Part shown: one piece after another, positions 9,609 through 20,000 of the stretch
Numbering within the stretch: the first letter of the stretch is position 1
Layout: every line of letters starts with the position of its first letter
Assembly (NCBI GenBank): GCA_963710755.1
Contig: CAVQBK010000003.1
Coordinates: 1,280,001-1,344,000 of the forward strand
DNA from: an uncultured bacterium
GTDB taxonomy: Bacteria > Oederibacteriota > JAAXVQ01 > JAUVAV01
Direction: 5' to 3'
DNA: 64,000 nucleotides
The notes under the pieces: generated by a model
What the model saw: only the letters and a program-made list of their open reading frames with translations
Database searches by the model: none
Told to the model about the DNA's origin: nothing
Translations under genes and position numbers: made by a program

Positions 9609-10385
9609 ATGAAGGGTTTACGTTTATTGATAATTGTTGCTGTTGTTGCCGGTTTGACAGCGAGCCGGTTGATGGCTTTGGCTCTGGATTTGGACCCTGC
9701 CATGATCCAGGCAAACCTCCGGCCGCACGAGTCCCGGACTTTTACGGTCCGGATCAGCAACCCGTCGTCTGAGAAGATTAGGTTGACCGTGGAATCTGAC
9801 TGTTGGAGTCCCGGCCGGCTTCCCGGTCCATCGGAACAATGGCTGCAGCTGACGCCGCACCAGATGGTATTAGGTCCCGGCCAAACTGAGGACTTACAAA
9901 TAAAGACAGTCTTTCCCGATCCCCTGGAGGGGGAAGTGGTGATGATGGTTTATCTGGTACCGGAGATCAAGCCAGGGCAGCTATCCATCAAGACCAGGAT
10001 GGGGTTTCCGGTTTATTTAAGGAAAAACGCTACGGTTGAAAAGAAGGCGGCCATAACGGCATTTTCAGCACGGCAACAGGGGAACCGGTTGCTTTTGAAT
10101 TTTGAATTGCGCAACAACGGCAACAGCCATCTGTTGCCTTTCGGCGCGGTGCTGCTCAAACAGCAAGGCAAAGTAATGCGGCAACGGGAAGTGGTTTTTG
10201 ACCAGCCCCTGTTCCGAGACCGGACGTTGAGCAAGCAGGCGGAGATGGATCTGGGCGGTCTTGGGCCGGGCCACTATCAGGCTCAATTGGACCTGTTTTT
10301 GAATGACGGGTTTAACCAGGATTTTGCGCAAGCCGGGCTGCCACTGGTTAGTAAAACCTGTGAGGTTACAATAGAAAAACCATGA
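9609..10385 (+). CDS. PapD/EcpB-like pilus assembly chaperone homolog
   Basis: Signal peptide; LDPAMI..L.P.ESRTFTVRISNP, WLQLTP..MVLGPGQ, RMGFPVYL, LRNNGNSHL, LGPGHYQAQL. Confidence 0.6.
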   Translation: MKGLRLLIIVAVVAGLTASRLMALALDLDPAMIQANLRPHESRTFTVRISNPSSEKIRLTVESDCWSPGRLPGPSEQWLQLTPHQMVLGPGQTEDLQIKTVFPDPLEGEVVMMVYLVPEIKPGQLSIKTRMGFPVYLRKNATVEKKAAITAFSARQQGNRLLLNFELRNNGNSHLLPFGAVLLKQQGKVMRQREVVFDQPLFRDRTLSKQAEMDLGGLGPGHYQAQLDLFLNDGFNQDFAQAGLPLVSKTCEVTIEKP

Positions 10386-10486
10386 TCATCGGCGGGCATC
10401 TGCAATAATGATGAAATAAAGGGCTGTTGTCCTTTGTCTAATCACTAGAGCGTGCTCTGACCGGATGCCAAGAAAGGATTAATGCT

Positions 10487-11443
10487 ATGGTCCGACATAA
10501 GGGGATGTGGAGCCTGGGATGTTTGGCGGGCCTGTTGCTGATGGCCTGGCCGCAACACAGTTACGCTGAAGCCTTTATCCGTGCGGATGTACTGGGCCTC
10601 TCGACCAATGCCGCGGCCACGGGCACCTTGAATCTTGGGTCCTTGAGCGTTCAGGATCAGTATTACCTTTTTCCTTTTTATTTGCGCATTGAATTCCCAT
10701 CCACCAATTTCACCGCCTGGGGTATACAAATGTATACCAACAACAATAAAACCCAAAGCTGGACGCCATTGAATGGTTTAAGCGGTGGCTTGCGGGGGCT
10801 TACCAATCCCAGTTACGGCATTCCCATGCATTGGCAGGTCTATGATCAGCTGCAAGATGCTGTTCCCAATTGGGGCGCAGCCAATTCCGTGACCATGACT
10901 GCAGGCGGCCTGGCTTATAACAGCTCAACCTTAGGGTATTGGGGCAGACTGTATGACCAGTCGGATGCGGATGTGAAGGATAGTTGGGACACGAGCACCA
11001 TAGTCCTGCGGCGTACGCTGGCCAGGGATAAGGGGTTGGGCGATTATCCGGTGAGTGGCAGGCCCACGGCCAATTCGCCTATCTATGTTTACCTGGGGCT
11101 GGATTTAACCGCTGTGACCATGTCCCAAACTTATGGCACGACCTTAATCGTGGATTTATATAATTTGAACATTCCCATTTCCCAAGGCGGTTATGCCACA
11201 CCCAATCCGTTCACGCCGACCACAGGGCAAAAGACTAATTTTAATTTTTCCGTTCAAAATTATAGCGCAGCCTTTAAGATTAATATCTACACCATCCGCG
11301 GCCGCAAGATCCGAACCATTACCGATTCACGGGAATGGGATGGCCGCAATGACCACGGTGAGATGATGGAAGGCGGTCTATATATTTATCAAATTGAAGC
11401 TGAAGGCAAGCGAGTAAGCGGCACGGTGGTGCTGATTAAATAA
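10487..11443 (+). CDS. Secreted protein with pilin-like N-domain and FlgD/T9SS-like C-terminal sorting domain
   Basis: Signal peptide; WGIQMYTNN, SPIYVYLGLDL; CTD PNPFTP...INIYTIRGRKIRTI..WDGRNDHGEMMEGGLYIYQI...GTVVLIK. Confidence 0.7.
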   Translation: MVRHKGMWSLGCLAGLLLMAWPQHSYAEAFIRADVLGLSTNAAATGTLNLGSLSVQDQYYLFPFYLRIEFPSTNFTAWGIQMYTNNNKTQSWTPLNGLSGGLRGLTNPSYGIPMHWQVYDQLQDAVPNWGAANSVTMTAGGLAYNSSTLGYWGRLYDQSDADVKDSWDTSTIVLRRTLARDKGLGDYPVSGRPTANSPIYVYLGLDLTAVTMSQTYGTTLIVDLYNLNIPISQGGYATPNPFTPTTGQKTNFNFSVQNYSAAFKINIYTIRGRKIRTITDSREWDGRNDHGEMMEGGLYIYQIEAEGKRVSGTVVLIK

Positions 11444-11537
11444 TCGTCCCAGCGCGTTAGCTGGCCGGCATCCCAAGAACCTGGAACCTCTGTGGCTGCA
11501 ACCTACAACGCTATAATTAGATGGCCCGGATGGACCA

Positions 11538-12614
11538 ATGAGGAAGGAATGGGGGCGCATGATAGCCAAACCTCATAAGGCATATTTTAAAAGTGGAGCC
11601 AAGGTTGTTTTGGTGGTCCTGGTCATGCTTGTGACCGGGGTGGAGGCTGGTCATGCTTATTTTGAAGATTTAGGTATGGGCAGCAGACCCATCGGCATGG
11701 GTGAAGCCTTTGTGGCCGTAGCCGATGATTCCAATGCCGTACTCTGGAATGTGGCCGGTCTGGCCGGACTTAAAACCCGCGAAATCAACTTGATGTACTC
11801 TGATTTGTATTCTCAACTCAATGGTAAATTATATACCGGTGACAACGACCATTTGGGCTTTCATAACATTGGAATGGTCATGCCCTTTGATCCGGTCATT
11901 GGCAGTTTTGGTTTTACCTGGACCTATTTCGATTCTGTTTTTTACAAAGAAAATACGTTTATCCTCAGTTATGCCAGGTCCATAGGTGATACTGTCTTTG
12001 AGTGGGCCGGTGTTAAGGACAAACTTAAGGATATAGGGCTGGACGCAGGGATAAACTTGAAGCTCCTCAACTGGATGCTGACAGAAGATCGTTATACTGC
12101 CCTTAATCCGGCGTTGCAATCCAATAAAAGCCGTACCGGGTTCACGGCTGATTTTGGATTGCTGGCCACATTTCCTTATGGCATCAAGGCAGGACTGAGT
12201 GTGGCCAACTTAATCCCTGCCAATATGGGGGTGGTGGAGTATGAGACGGCACCTATAAATTTCAGACTGGGAGCTTCTTATACTTATGAATTTGACAAAA
12301 AAGGCTCCCTGGTTAATTCACTTCTGGGCACCCTGGAATTAACCCAACGCAATAATATTTCCGACCTCAGGGTGGGAACAGAGGCCTGGTTCTTTGAGCA
12401 TCAGGCAGCCTTGCGGATGGGAAGCACAGCCGATCAATTTGCAGCGGGTATCAGCTATCTGTTGCCCATTGCCAGGACGCCCATTAAACTTCGGTTTGAT
12501 TATGCCTTTACTTACTCCTATACGATTCAGGATACCATTGGATCACACCGTGTAGCCATGGTCGTCTTTTGGAATCCTGAACCACGGGAAGCCTATTTTA
12601 AGCCCTTGCAATGA
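11538..12614 (+). CDS. PorV/PorP(SprF)-like outer-membrane beta-barrel
   Basis: GMGSRPIGMGEAFVAVADDSNAVLWNVAGL, LRVGTEAWF, LRFDYAF, GSHRV; start may be 11559. Confidence 0.8.
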   Translation: MRKEWGRMIAKPHKAYFKSGAKVVLVVLVMLVTGVEAGHAYFEDLGMGSRPIGMGEAFVAVADDSNAVLWNVAGLAGLKTREINLMYSDLYSQLNGKLYTGDNDHLGFHNIGMVMPFDPVIGSFGFTWTYFDSVFYKENTFILSYARSIGDTVFEWAGVKDKLKDIGLDAGINLKLLNWMLTEDRYTALNPALQSNKSRTGFTADFGLLATFPYGIKAGLSVANLIPANMGVVEYETAPINFRLGASYTYEFDKKGSLVNSLLGTLELTQRNNISDLRVGTEAWFFEHQAALRMGSTADQFAAGISYLLPIARTPIKLRFDYAFTYSYTIQDTIGSHRVAMVVFWNPEPREAYFKPLQ

Positions 12615-12905
12615 ATCGGCCTAAATGGCTCTGTGCCAAGGTAAGCAAAGGGTGGAGCACTTCGGATAAGTGTTTGCATTAATCATTTTTAGGCTGTGTG
12701 ATGCGAAACAGTTGGATATGTGCAGTTATTAAAAGAGATTATTTGCAAAATATATTAGCAAATTAATTTTTTGCTATATTTTTTTTCGGTGATGTAATAA
12801 AGTATACAAAATTTAATTCTCTCCAGGAAAAATCATCGGATTAATCATTCAATGAATATGATTTATCCAAAGGAGAATAACTTTAAGTGGCCCAAGGAGG
12901 TTCGA

Positions 12906-14021
12906 ATGAAAAGAGTTTTAAATGTTTTGATGGCAGTTTGTTTCCTAGGTCTGACGGGTATGGCGATGGCCAAAGGAGGAACCAAGGTGATCGATCCCAC
13001 CAAGACCACCTTTGGTTGGGCCGTTTATACCGACAAGGAAACCACTACCAAATTGGACGTGGTCAAGGGTGTAGATCATCAATCAGCATTGCGTTTAAGC
13101 TATACCTTTGGTGATTGCGAATGGATTGCCTTGGTTAAAGAAACCACTTTCAGCATGGAAACCGGTGATGCTATTAAGTTTAACTATAAGGGTACCGGGG
13201 CGGTGCTGAATTTAAAAGTAAAAGTATCGGACGGCAAGGGGACGGTATTTGGCTTTGACATCCTCACCGGCACCAAGGCGCCCAAATGGCAAACAGTGGT
13301 TATTCCTAAAAATGATTTCAACTATCTCTATGGTGGTGATGGGAAAATCGATTGGAATGCTCTGGTCAAATTTGAAGTTACCCTGGATGACAGCGCGCCC
13401 ATGGGCAGCTATGTGATCAACAAAGATAAACCGGGTATTCTGGAAATTTCCAATATTCGTATTGTCAAGTCTTTCAAAGCTGTAGTTCCCGGGTCCAGGA
13501 GCATGGGCAAAAGACTTTCCGACGGAAGCTATCTGCTGGATCCCCTGGTTTCGCCCGATGATTGGGCCAGCTATGCCGATCAAGACGGAAAATGCGATTT
13601 GTCCACCGTGAAAATGATTTCCAATGCCAAAACAAAAAGATCCATCAAAGCCTTGAAAGCGGTCTACAATTTTGGCAAGGATGGCGTCTGGGTGGCCATT
13701 GTTAAAATGGTCAACCTTGATTTATCCAAAATGAAAATGGTGGAGTTTTATTATCGGGGAACCGGTGGCGCCAACAGTCTGCAGTTCAAGTTAACCGATG
13801 GCAAGGAAAGGGTTTACGGATACACCTTAAATGAAACCACGGCCCGCAAATCCTGGAAGAAAGTCATTATACCGGAAAAATCCCTGAAGTATCTGTACGG
13901 TGGTCCCGCCGAAGCGCCGATTGATTTGTCGGACATTAAAAAAATTGAGTTTACCATTGAAAAGAAGGATGCTGCCACCCCGGGTGGCACGCTCTATCTG
14001 CGGTTGTTAAAATACAATTAA
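12906..14021 (+). CDS. Secreted protein with two CBM11/CIA30-like galactose-binding-fold domains
   Basis: AAGGAGG RBS; signal peptide; repeated YKGTGA..NLKVKVSD..G...W..V.IP..F.YLYGG. Confidence 0.7.
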   Translation: MKRVLNVLMAVCFLGLTGMAMAKGGTKVIDPTKTTFGWAVYTDKETTTKLDVVKGVDHQSALRLSYTFGDCEWIALVKETTFSMETGDAIKFNYKGTGAVLNLKVKVSDGKGTVFGFDILTGTKAPKWQTVVIPKNDFNYLYGGDGKIDWNALVKFEVTLDDSAPMGSYVINKDKPGILEISNIRIVKSFKAVVPGSRSMGKRLSDGSYLLDPLVSPDDWASYADQDGKCDLSTVKMISNAKTKRSIKALKAVYNFGKDGVWVAIVKMVNLDLSKMKMVEFYYRGTGGANSLQFKLTDGKERVYGYTLNETTARKSWKKVIIPEKSLKYLYGGPAEAPIDLSDIKKIEFTIEKKDAATPGGTLYLRLLKYN

Positions 14022-14029
14022 TTACACTC

Positions 14030-14061
14030 CAAGGCCTCCGGTGCGAGCACCGGAGGCCTTG
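14030..14061 (+). terminator. 14-bp perfect hairpin (terminator or stabiliser)
   Basis: CAAGGCCTCCGGTG-CGAG-CACCGGAGGCCTTG followed by ATTTGTT. Confidence 0.6.
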
Positions 14062-14083
14062 ATTTGTTAGGAGCGCTTAGCCG

Positions 14084-16024
14084 ATGAAAAAATGGTCTGT
14101 GATCACCACGATTATTTCACTCTTCTTAGTCGCGGGTAGTGCCTGGGGCACCATCATTACTCCGAGTCAAAATATCACCTCTTCCGCAAGTACCTGGACC
14201 ACATCCGTTGATCAAAATAATACGATTACACTGACCACTCAATCCGACGCCACCCATGGCACTTATCTTGATATGGCCTACAATCTGGGCGGCGGCGGCG
14301 CCTGGGTTGCGGCGGATAATGCATCCATGGTTTCTGTTCTGGATTTGGCCACTAAGGGCAATGCTTTTCGGTTTTATTTAAAAGGGGAAGGCCTGGCGAA
14401 TAATTTTGTCATCAAGGCCCAACTCCCGGATGGCACGGTGTTTAAGTCCAAGACTTATTCCATTCCCACCAATGGAGCATGGATAACGCAAACAGTGTTG
14501 TTTACCGACATGGATTATGCCTACGGCAATCCGCTTTACGATGAGGATGATTTCAGCCAACATGCCGACCAGACGTCGAACATTGAATTTACCATTCAAC
14601 CGGTGGAGGGTGGCGCCGGATCGATGGCCATTGATGATCTAAAAGTAGTTTCCTATTACCCCGATGTGGTGATCACGCCGACCCCAACTGCGGTCGATGA
14701 TGCGGAACAGGCCAATTTAAATAACTTTAACAGTCCCGTGGGTCCCTTGGGCCATGCCACAGTTGACTTGGTAAGCGCTAATCCCACTCCCATTCAGGGA
14801 ACCTCCTGTAGACGTATCATTGCTCAGAATGACAGCGCTGATTACGAGGACGGCATGTATGAGATTATTTATTATAACAATGTCTCGTCCCAGGCTTTTG
14901 ACGCCACGCCTTACACGTATCTCTCCTTTTATGTTTATGCCCAAACGGTTCCCGGTGATATTCATCTTGATCTAAAGCAAGCCGACCTGTCGGTGGTGCA
15001 AACCGTGACTATTCAGGATTATCTGGCCGACGGCCATTGGGATCCCAACACCTGGGAATTGGTCAACATTCCTTTAAGTGCCTGGCCGGCCGTGAACAAA
15101 AGCCAATTGGGGCAATTGGTCTTCTCTTTGCCGGCCGGCTACTCCTTTTACGTGGACGCCATGACCTTTGAATTTAAATTGGGTCCTGCTTACATGGTGG
15201 ACAACATGGATACCTATTATACCGACTCTTCCTGGTTTTTTGGCGACTCCGGCAATGACACCAGCACCTCCCTGGAGAGCATTGACGGTGTGGACAACAA
15301 AGCCCTAAGGTTGAACTTTACCTTCCCTACCGTGCTTCTTCCATCGGTGGACTATTACGCATACTTGAAAAGAGGCTTCAGCATTAATTTGAAGGAAAAC
15401 AACGCTGATGCCATCACTTTTGACTATAAAGGCACCGGGGCGAGCAATAACATAGAATTTAAAATGACGGACAGTCAGGACACCATTTACCGGTTTGTGC
15501 TGCAGAATGCCACCAATACCAACGGGGTTTGGAAAACCACGTTCATGCCCTACAGCGAATTTGCCTACTTCAGTGGTAAAAATACCACCTTTGATTTTAA
15601 GGATTTGGTGAAGATCGAAATTGCTTTTTCCAAAGGCAATGGCAATGAGGGGACCGTGGGTTTTTCCAACATTGCTTATGTAAAAAAACCGGATTTTTCT
15701 GCACTCATTCCCAAGACCGGCCTGATTAGGTCATTCTCCATCGACAACAATCCTTTTGCACCCCGGGACGACACGCCCCGATCGAAAGCCACCTTCAGCT
15801 ATGTCCTGAGTGAGCCCAACGCCAAAGTATGGCTCAATATTTATGATCTTAATGGCAATCCCATTATTAAATTGGAACCGGCGGCGGGTGACAGTAAAAT
15901 TGTCTGGAACGGAAAAAATGAGAATGGTTATCGCGTGAGGAACGGCATGTATCTTTATCAATTTGTCGCCCAGGGATTGTCTAAAACCGAGCGCGTCAAG
16001 AATATTATTGCCGTGATACGCTAA
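14084..16024 (+). CDS. Secreted multi-CBM-like protein with FlgD/T9SS-like CTD
   Basis: About three jelly-roll modules (YKGTGASNNIEFKMTD...W); CTD NNPFAP...IYDLNG...WNGKNENGYRVRNGMYLYQ...IAVIR. Confidence 0.75.
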   Translation: MKKWSVITTIISLFLVAGSAWGTIITPSQNITSSASTWTTSVDQNNTITLTTQSDATHGTYLDMAYNLGGGGAWVAADNASMVSVLDLATKGNAFRFYLKGEGLANNFVIKAQLPDGTVFKSKTYSIPTNGAWITQTVLFTDMDYAYGNPLYDEDDFSQHADQTSNIEFTIQPVEGGAGSMAIDDLKVVSYYPDVVITPTPTAVDDAEQANLNNFNSPVGPLGHATVDLVSANPTPIQGTSCRRIIAQNDSADYEDGMYEIIYYNNVSSQAFDATPYTYLSFYVYAQTVPGDIHLDLKQADLSVVQTVTIQDYLADGHWDPNTWELVNIPLSAWPAVNKSQLGQLVFSLPAGYSFYVDAMTFEFKLGPAYMVDNMDTYYTDSSWFFGDSGNDTSTSLESIDGVDNKALRLNFTFPTVLLPSVDYYAYLKRGFSINLKENNADAITFDYKGTGASNNIEFKMTDSQDTIYRFVLQNATNTNGVWKTTFMPYSEFAYFSGKNTTFDFKDLVKIEIAFSKGNGNEGTVGFSNIAYVKKPDFSALIPKTGLIRSFSIDNNPFAPRDDTPRSKATFSYVLSEPNAKVWLNIYDLNGNPIIKLEPAAGDSKIVWNGKNENGYRVRNGMYLYQFVAQGLSKTERVKNIIAVIR

Positions 16025-16057
16025 GCAAGCAGAATGAAACTATAGGGGGGAACCTAC

Positions 16058-16927
16058 GTGCGTTATCGAATGACGTTGAAGGCGGTTATGATCACGACTC
16101 TGTTTTTGGTGACGCCGGTTCTTAGCCGGGCCGGCGCTTTTGATCCTATCCCTACGGGCGCGCAAGCCTGGGGCATGGGTAATGCATACACAGCGGTGGT
16201 GAACGACGCCAATGCCGTGCAGTGGAATCCGGCGGCCTTGGCTGATGTGATTCGTCCCCAAGCCGTGGGGTCCCATATGGATATTCAGAGTTTGGGCCTA
16301 TTATTTTATGATCAGTTCACCTATGCCCAGCCCTTTGTATTTAACAATGTGATCGGCGTGTCCTGGCTGCGCATGGGCACGTCAGGACAGGTCAGTTTCC
16401 TCAATTATTCGGAGAATACCTTTATTCTGTCCTATCAGCAGCCTATTATTGAAAATTTATCGGCCGGTTTGAATGTGAAAGTCTTCGAAGTCGAGTCGGA
16501 CAATTCCGCGGGTGGGCTCGGTTTTGACCTGGGCTTGCGTTACCGCGTACTCCCTGAACTGGGTGTGGCCGTGGTGGGCGAGAACATCAACCACCCTGAA
16601 ATTTTTTGGCTTACCAGTGCGGTGGACCGGCTGCCGGTGAATTTACGGGTGGGTCTGGCCGGGTATATTGATCCCGATACCACCGTGGCCGTGGATGGCC
16701 ATCATCTGGTGGAAACCTATCCCGAGTTTCACGTCGGCGTGGAGCGCTGGTTTTTTGATCATGTCCTGGCTCTGCGGGCGGGCGGCACTTATCTTTCTCA
16801 AAACAAAAAAATGATGCCAGCCCTCGGGTTTGGGGTGAAATTTACTTTTATCCAATTTGACTATGCCTATGGATTCCACTATGAATTGGACGGCAACCAT
16901 GTCTTTAGTTTAAAGATCTCGTTCTAG
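16058..16927 (+). CDS. PorV/PorP-like outer-membrane beta-barrel
   Basis: GAQAWGMGNAYTAVVNDANAVQWNPAAL, FDLGL, FHVGVERWF, FDYAY, C-terminal F. Confidence 0.85.
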   Translation: MRYRMTLKAVMITTLFLVTPVLSRAGAFDPIPTGAQAWGMGNAYTAVVNDANAVQWNPAALADVIRPQAVGSHMDIQSLGLLFYDQFTYAQPFVFNNVIGVSWLRMGTSGQVSFLNYSENTFILSYQQPIIENLSAGLNVKVFEVESDNSAGGLGFDLGLRYRVLPELGVAVVGENINHPEIFWLTSAVDRLPVNLRVGLAGYIDPDTTVAVDGHHLVETYPEFHVGVERWFFDHVLALRAGGTYLSQNKKMMPALGFGVKFTFIQFDYAYGFHYELDGNHVFSLKISF

Positions 16928-17020
16928 TGCGAAAGATAGCGGTGACACAAACGCACCGGTATTCAGCAAGCGATCACGATAGCATGCAAAAGCATCATTA
17001 GCGACGGAAGAGGTGCATGA

Positions 17021-20000
17021 ATGACTAAATTTTTTCGGGCAATACTAATTCTTATGATGGGACTTCTGGGCATGGCCCAGATGGCTTCGGCCGAGGACGT
17101 CTTATTGGATAATACGGACACTACCCAAGGATGGATGGTGTTTAATGATGCCAAAGCCACAGGCTCGGTGTCTGTGGGACCTGGTCCCAACTCCACCTGG
17201 AAAGCCCTGGTGATGAATTACAATTTAACCGGCGGTAACTGGGTGTCTTTTGTGAAAAAAATCCCGGCCGGCATGCAGGGCATGAAAACATTGGTTTTTT
17301 ATTACCGCGGGCAAGGGAAGTATAATTTGGAAATCAAAGTACAAGATGGTGAAGGCGCAACTTTCGGCTTGAAAATTATCGGTGGTTCGGAAGTGCCCAA
17401 GTGGAAGAAGCTAGTGATCCCCATCGGCGAACTGAAATATCTGTGGGGCGGTACTGCTCAAACGCTCAATCCTGCCAATATACGACAATTCGAAATCGCC
17501 GTATCTACTGATGGTGGTGGCGGCCCGGGTAAAATGATGGTGTCGCACATCAGCTATTCTATGGAGACCATGAAAGCTGAATTGCCCGCAGGCACAGCAC
17601 CCGCTCAGGCCAAAGTACCGGAAACAACGACGCCCGGCATGAGTTACCGGGCTTTGGGCAATGTGGACATTGGCGCCAAAACCTCCTGGTCCACCTACGC
17701 CGACAAAGGCGCTGTGATCAATATTGATATAGCTTCCGGTCCGGCTGCAGGGGAAAAAGCGCTGCAAGCGAAATACCATTGGGGCCAGCGGGCCATTCCC
17801 GGCGTTCAGGAGCAAACCGGGATATGGGTGGCTTTTGTCAAAGATATTGGCATGGATCTGTCGGATATGCGTAACATGAGCTTTGTTTTCAGAGGTACCG
17901 GATCTGCAGCCAATCTGGAAGTCAAATTGGCTGACCAATATGGTGCCCGTTATGGCCGGGTCTTTCCCAACGGCAGTACCAGTGAAAAATGGACCACCAT
18001 TTCCATCCCCCGTTCGGATTTCAATTATATGTGGGGTGGCGACGGCTCGGGCAAATTTGACTGGAATCATGTGAAAGCACTGGAGATATCCTTGTCGCGC
18101 ACCGGCGATGCCCGCGACAGCGGAACCTTTGAGATTGCGGAAATTCATTTTGAAAGCGCGGTTTCCGTTTCCCGACCCATTGCCGGCCAGAAAGAGGCCC
18201 TGACCACAGTCAGCGGCCAGATCAAGGTTATCATCGACGACTTTACCGACCTCAATCCCACCAATCGCTATTTTGTTGTGGAAGGCGACGATTCCACACT
18301 GCAGCTGGACTCATCGCGCATCACTTTTCAGTCCGAATATTCCATGCGCATGCGTTATACCCTGAAATCCAGCCGGCCTATCGGCTCATGGGTGGAGGCC
18401 CAGCGACGATTTTCACCGGCTCTGGACTGGACCGGGGTGGAGAATGTGCGCATTTGGGTCAAAGGGGACGGCTCACGCAATATTTTCCGGATCAGTATTA
18501 CCGACGGGGAAGGACGAGTGTGGGTCAATGACAACAATGAGGTCTTGGCCTCCACCGACTGGTTCCTCGTGGATATGCCGGTAGAAACCTTTATGCTCTA
18601 TCAGGATCTCTATGCCCGCAAAGCTTCCAAACGATATGATCTAAGCAAGCAATTGCATACGGTGCGCCAGTTAGGCATCAGTGTCATCAGTCAACCTGAC
18701 CGAAGCAGCCAAGCTTCAGGTGAAATATTTGTGGAACAACTCTATGTGGTAGGACGAGATATTAATGTCGCTGCTGCCGTACCTATCAGGGAAAAACCAC
18801 CAGTGGGTATTGCTGTCCCTTTGAAAAATTGGAACATCGGCGGCACCTCGACCACGACCATGGAGAACTTACCCTCAAGCGGTAATAATATCACTCAGAG
18901 CATCAAGCCGCAATTAACCGGCAATTTCAAAAAATTCAGTGTTTTTACAGAATTGGATTTTGAATCACTCTTTGGCAATGAATCCGATGGCATACGTTCC
19001 CAAAGTGCAGCGATGACCGGCTCCAATGTCAGCGTGATTCTGCTCGATCCCTTCGCAGGTGTCAGCAATGTGATTGTCGGGAATTTATGGTTTGATGATT
19101 CGCAGCATATTTTTGCCAACAACAACCGCTACGGCGGTTGGGGCTTCAAAGGCATTCAGGCCGAGGGCTGGGTGGATGGCGTCCATCACCGCACTTATTT
19201 TCTTAAGCATAAACCTGATTCCTACACTTTGGCCGGGCACTACGCCCTCACAGCCGGAAATTTGAATTTTAATTTGGTCGGAGCTTATTACAACCAGTCA
19301 CCCTTTATTCCCAATGGCACAAAATTGGAAGAGGATGACAAGGCCTTTTTGTTTGATGTTACGCACCATTTAATTATTCCCAATCTCATGACTTTGAACA
19401 CCCTTGTGCGCGGCGGATATGACTGGTATCAGAAGTACTGGGATGTGCAAACCCAATCAGATATCGATAAGAGAGATTCAGGTCTGTTTATGGAAGGGGA
19501 ATTGAATTTTTCCGACCTAACCAATATTTTCTGGCCCGGGTTATCCTTCACCGGTCATTACCGTTATGTGGATACCGGCTTCAAGCCGCAATATCGCGAT
19601 AATCCTTATGTCTGGGATGATGAGATAGGCGACACCAATGGTTACATGGTCCAGCTCTATCAGGATTTTTCCGGAGCTTTTCTGACCGCCCAATATTACA
19701 AATATAACCGTCTTTCCAATCCGGATAATTACCTGGAAGATACTATTTTTTCGGTTGGCTACAATGATTGGAGTTCCGTAGATCTATCGCTGACCCAGGA
19801 ATTTAAAACCAAAATCTATCAATATTCGGATACCCGTTTCATTGTGGATGATCTCCCCGTTTATTTTGACGATAACCGTTCCGAGACGAGAACCACCCTG
19901 GCGGTAGCCTACCATTTCAGCGGCAGCTTTATCGTTCAGGAACAATTACAATTCAACCTGGTTGATCAATTTGCCCTGAACCAAAAGTATACGGAAATGT

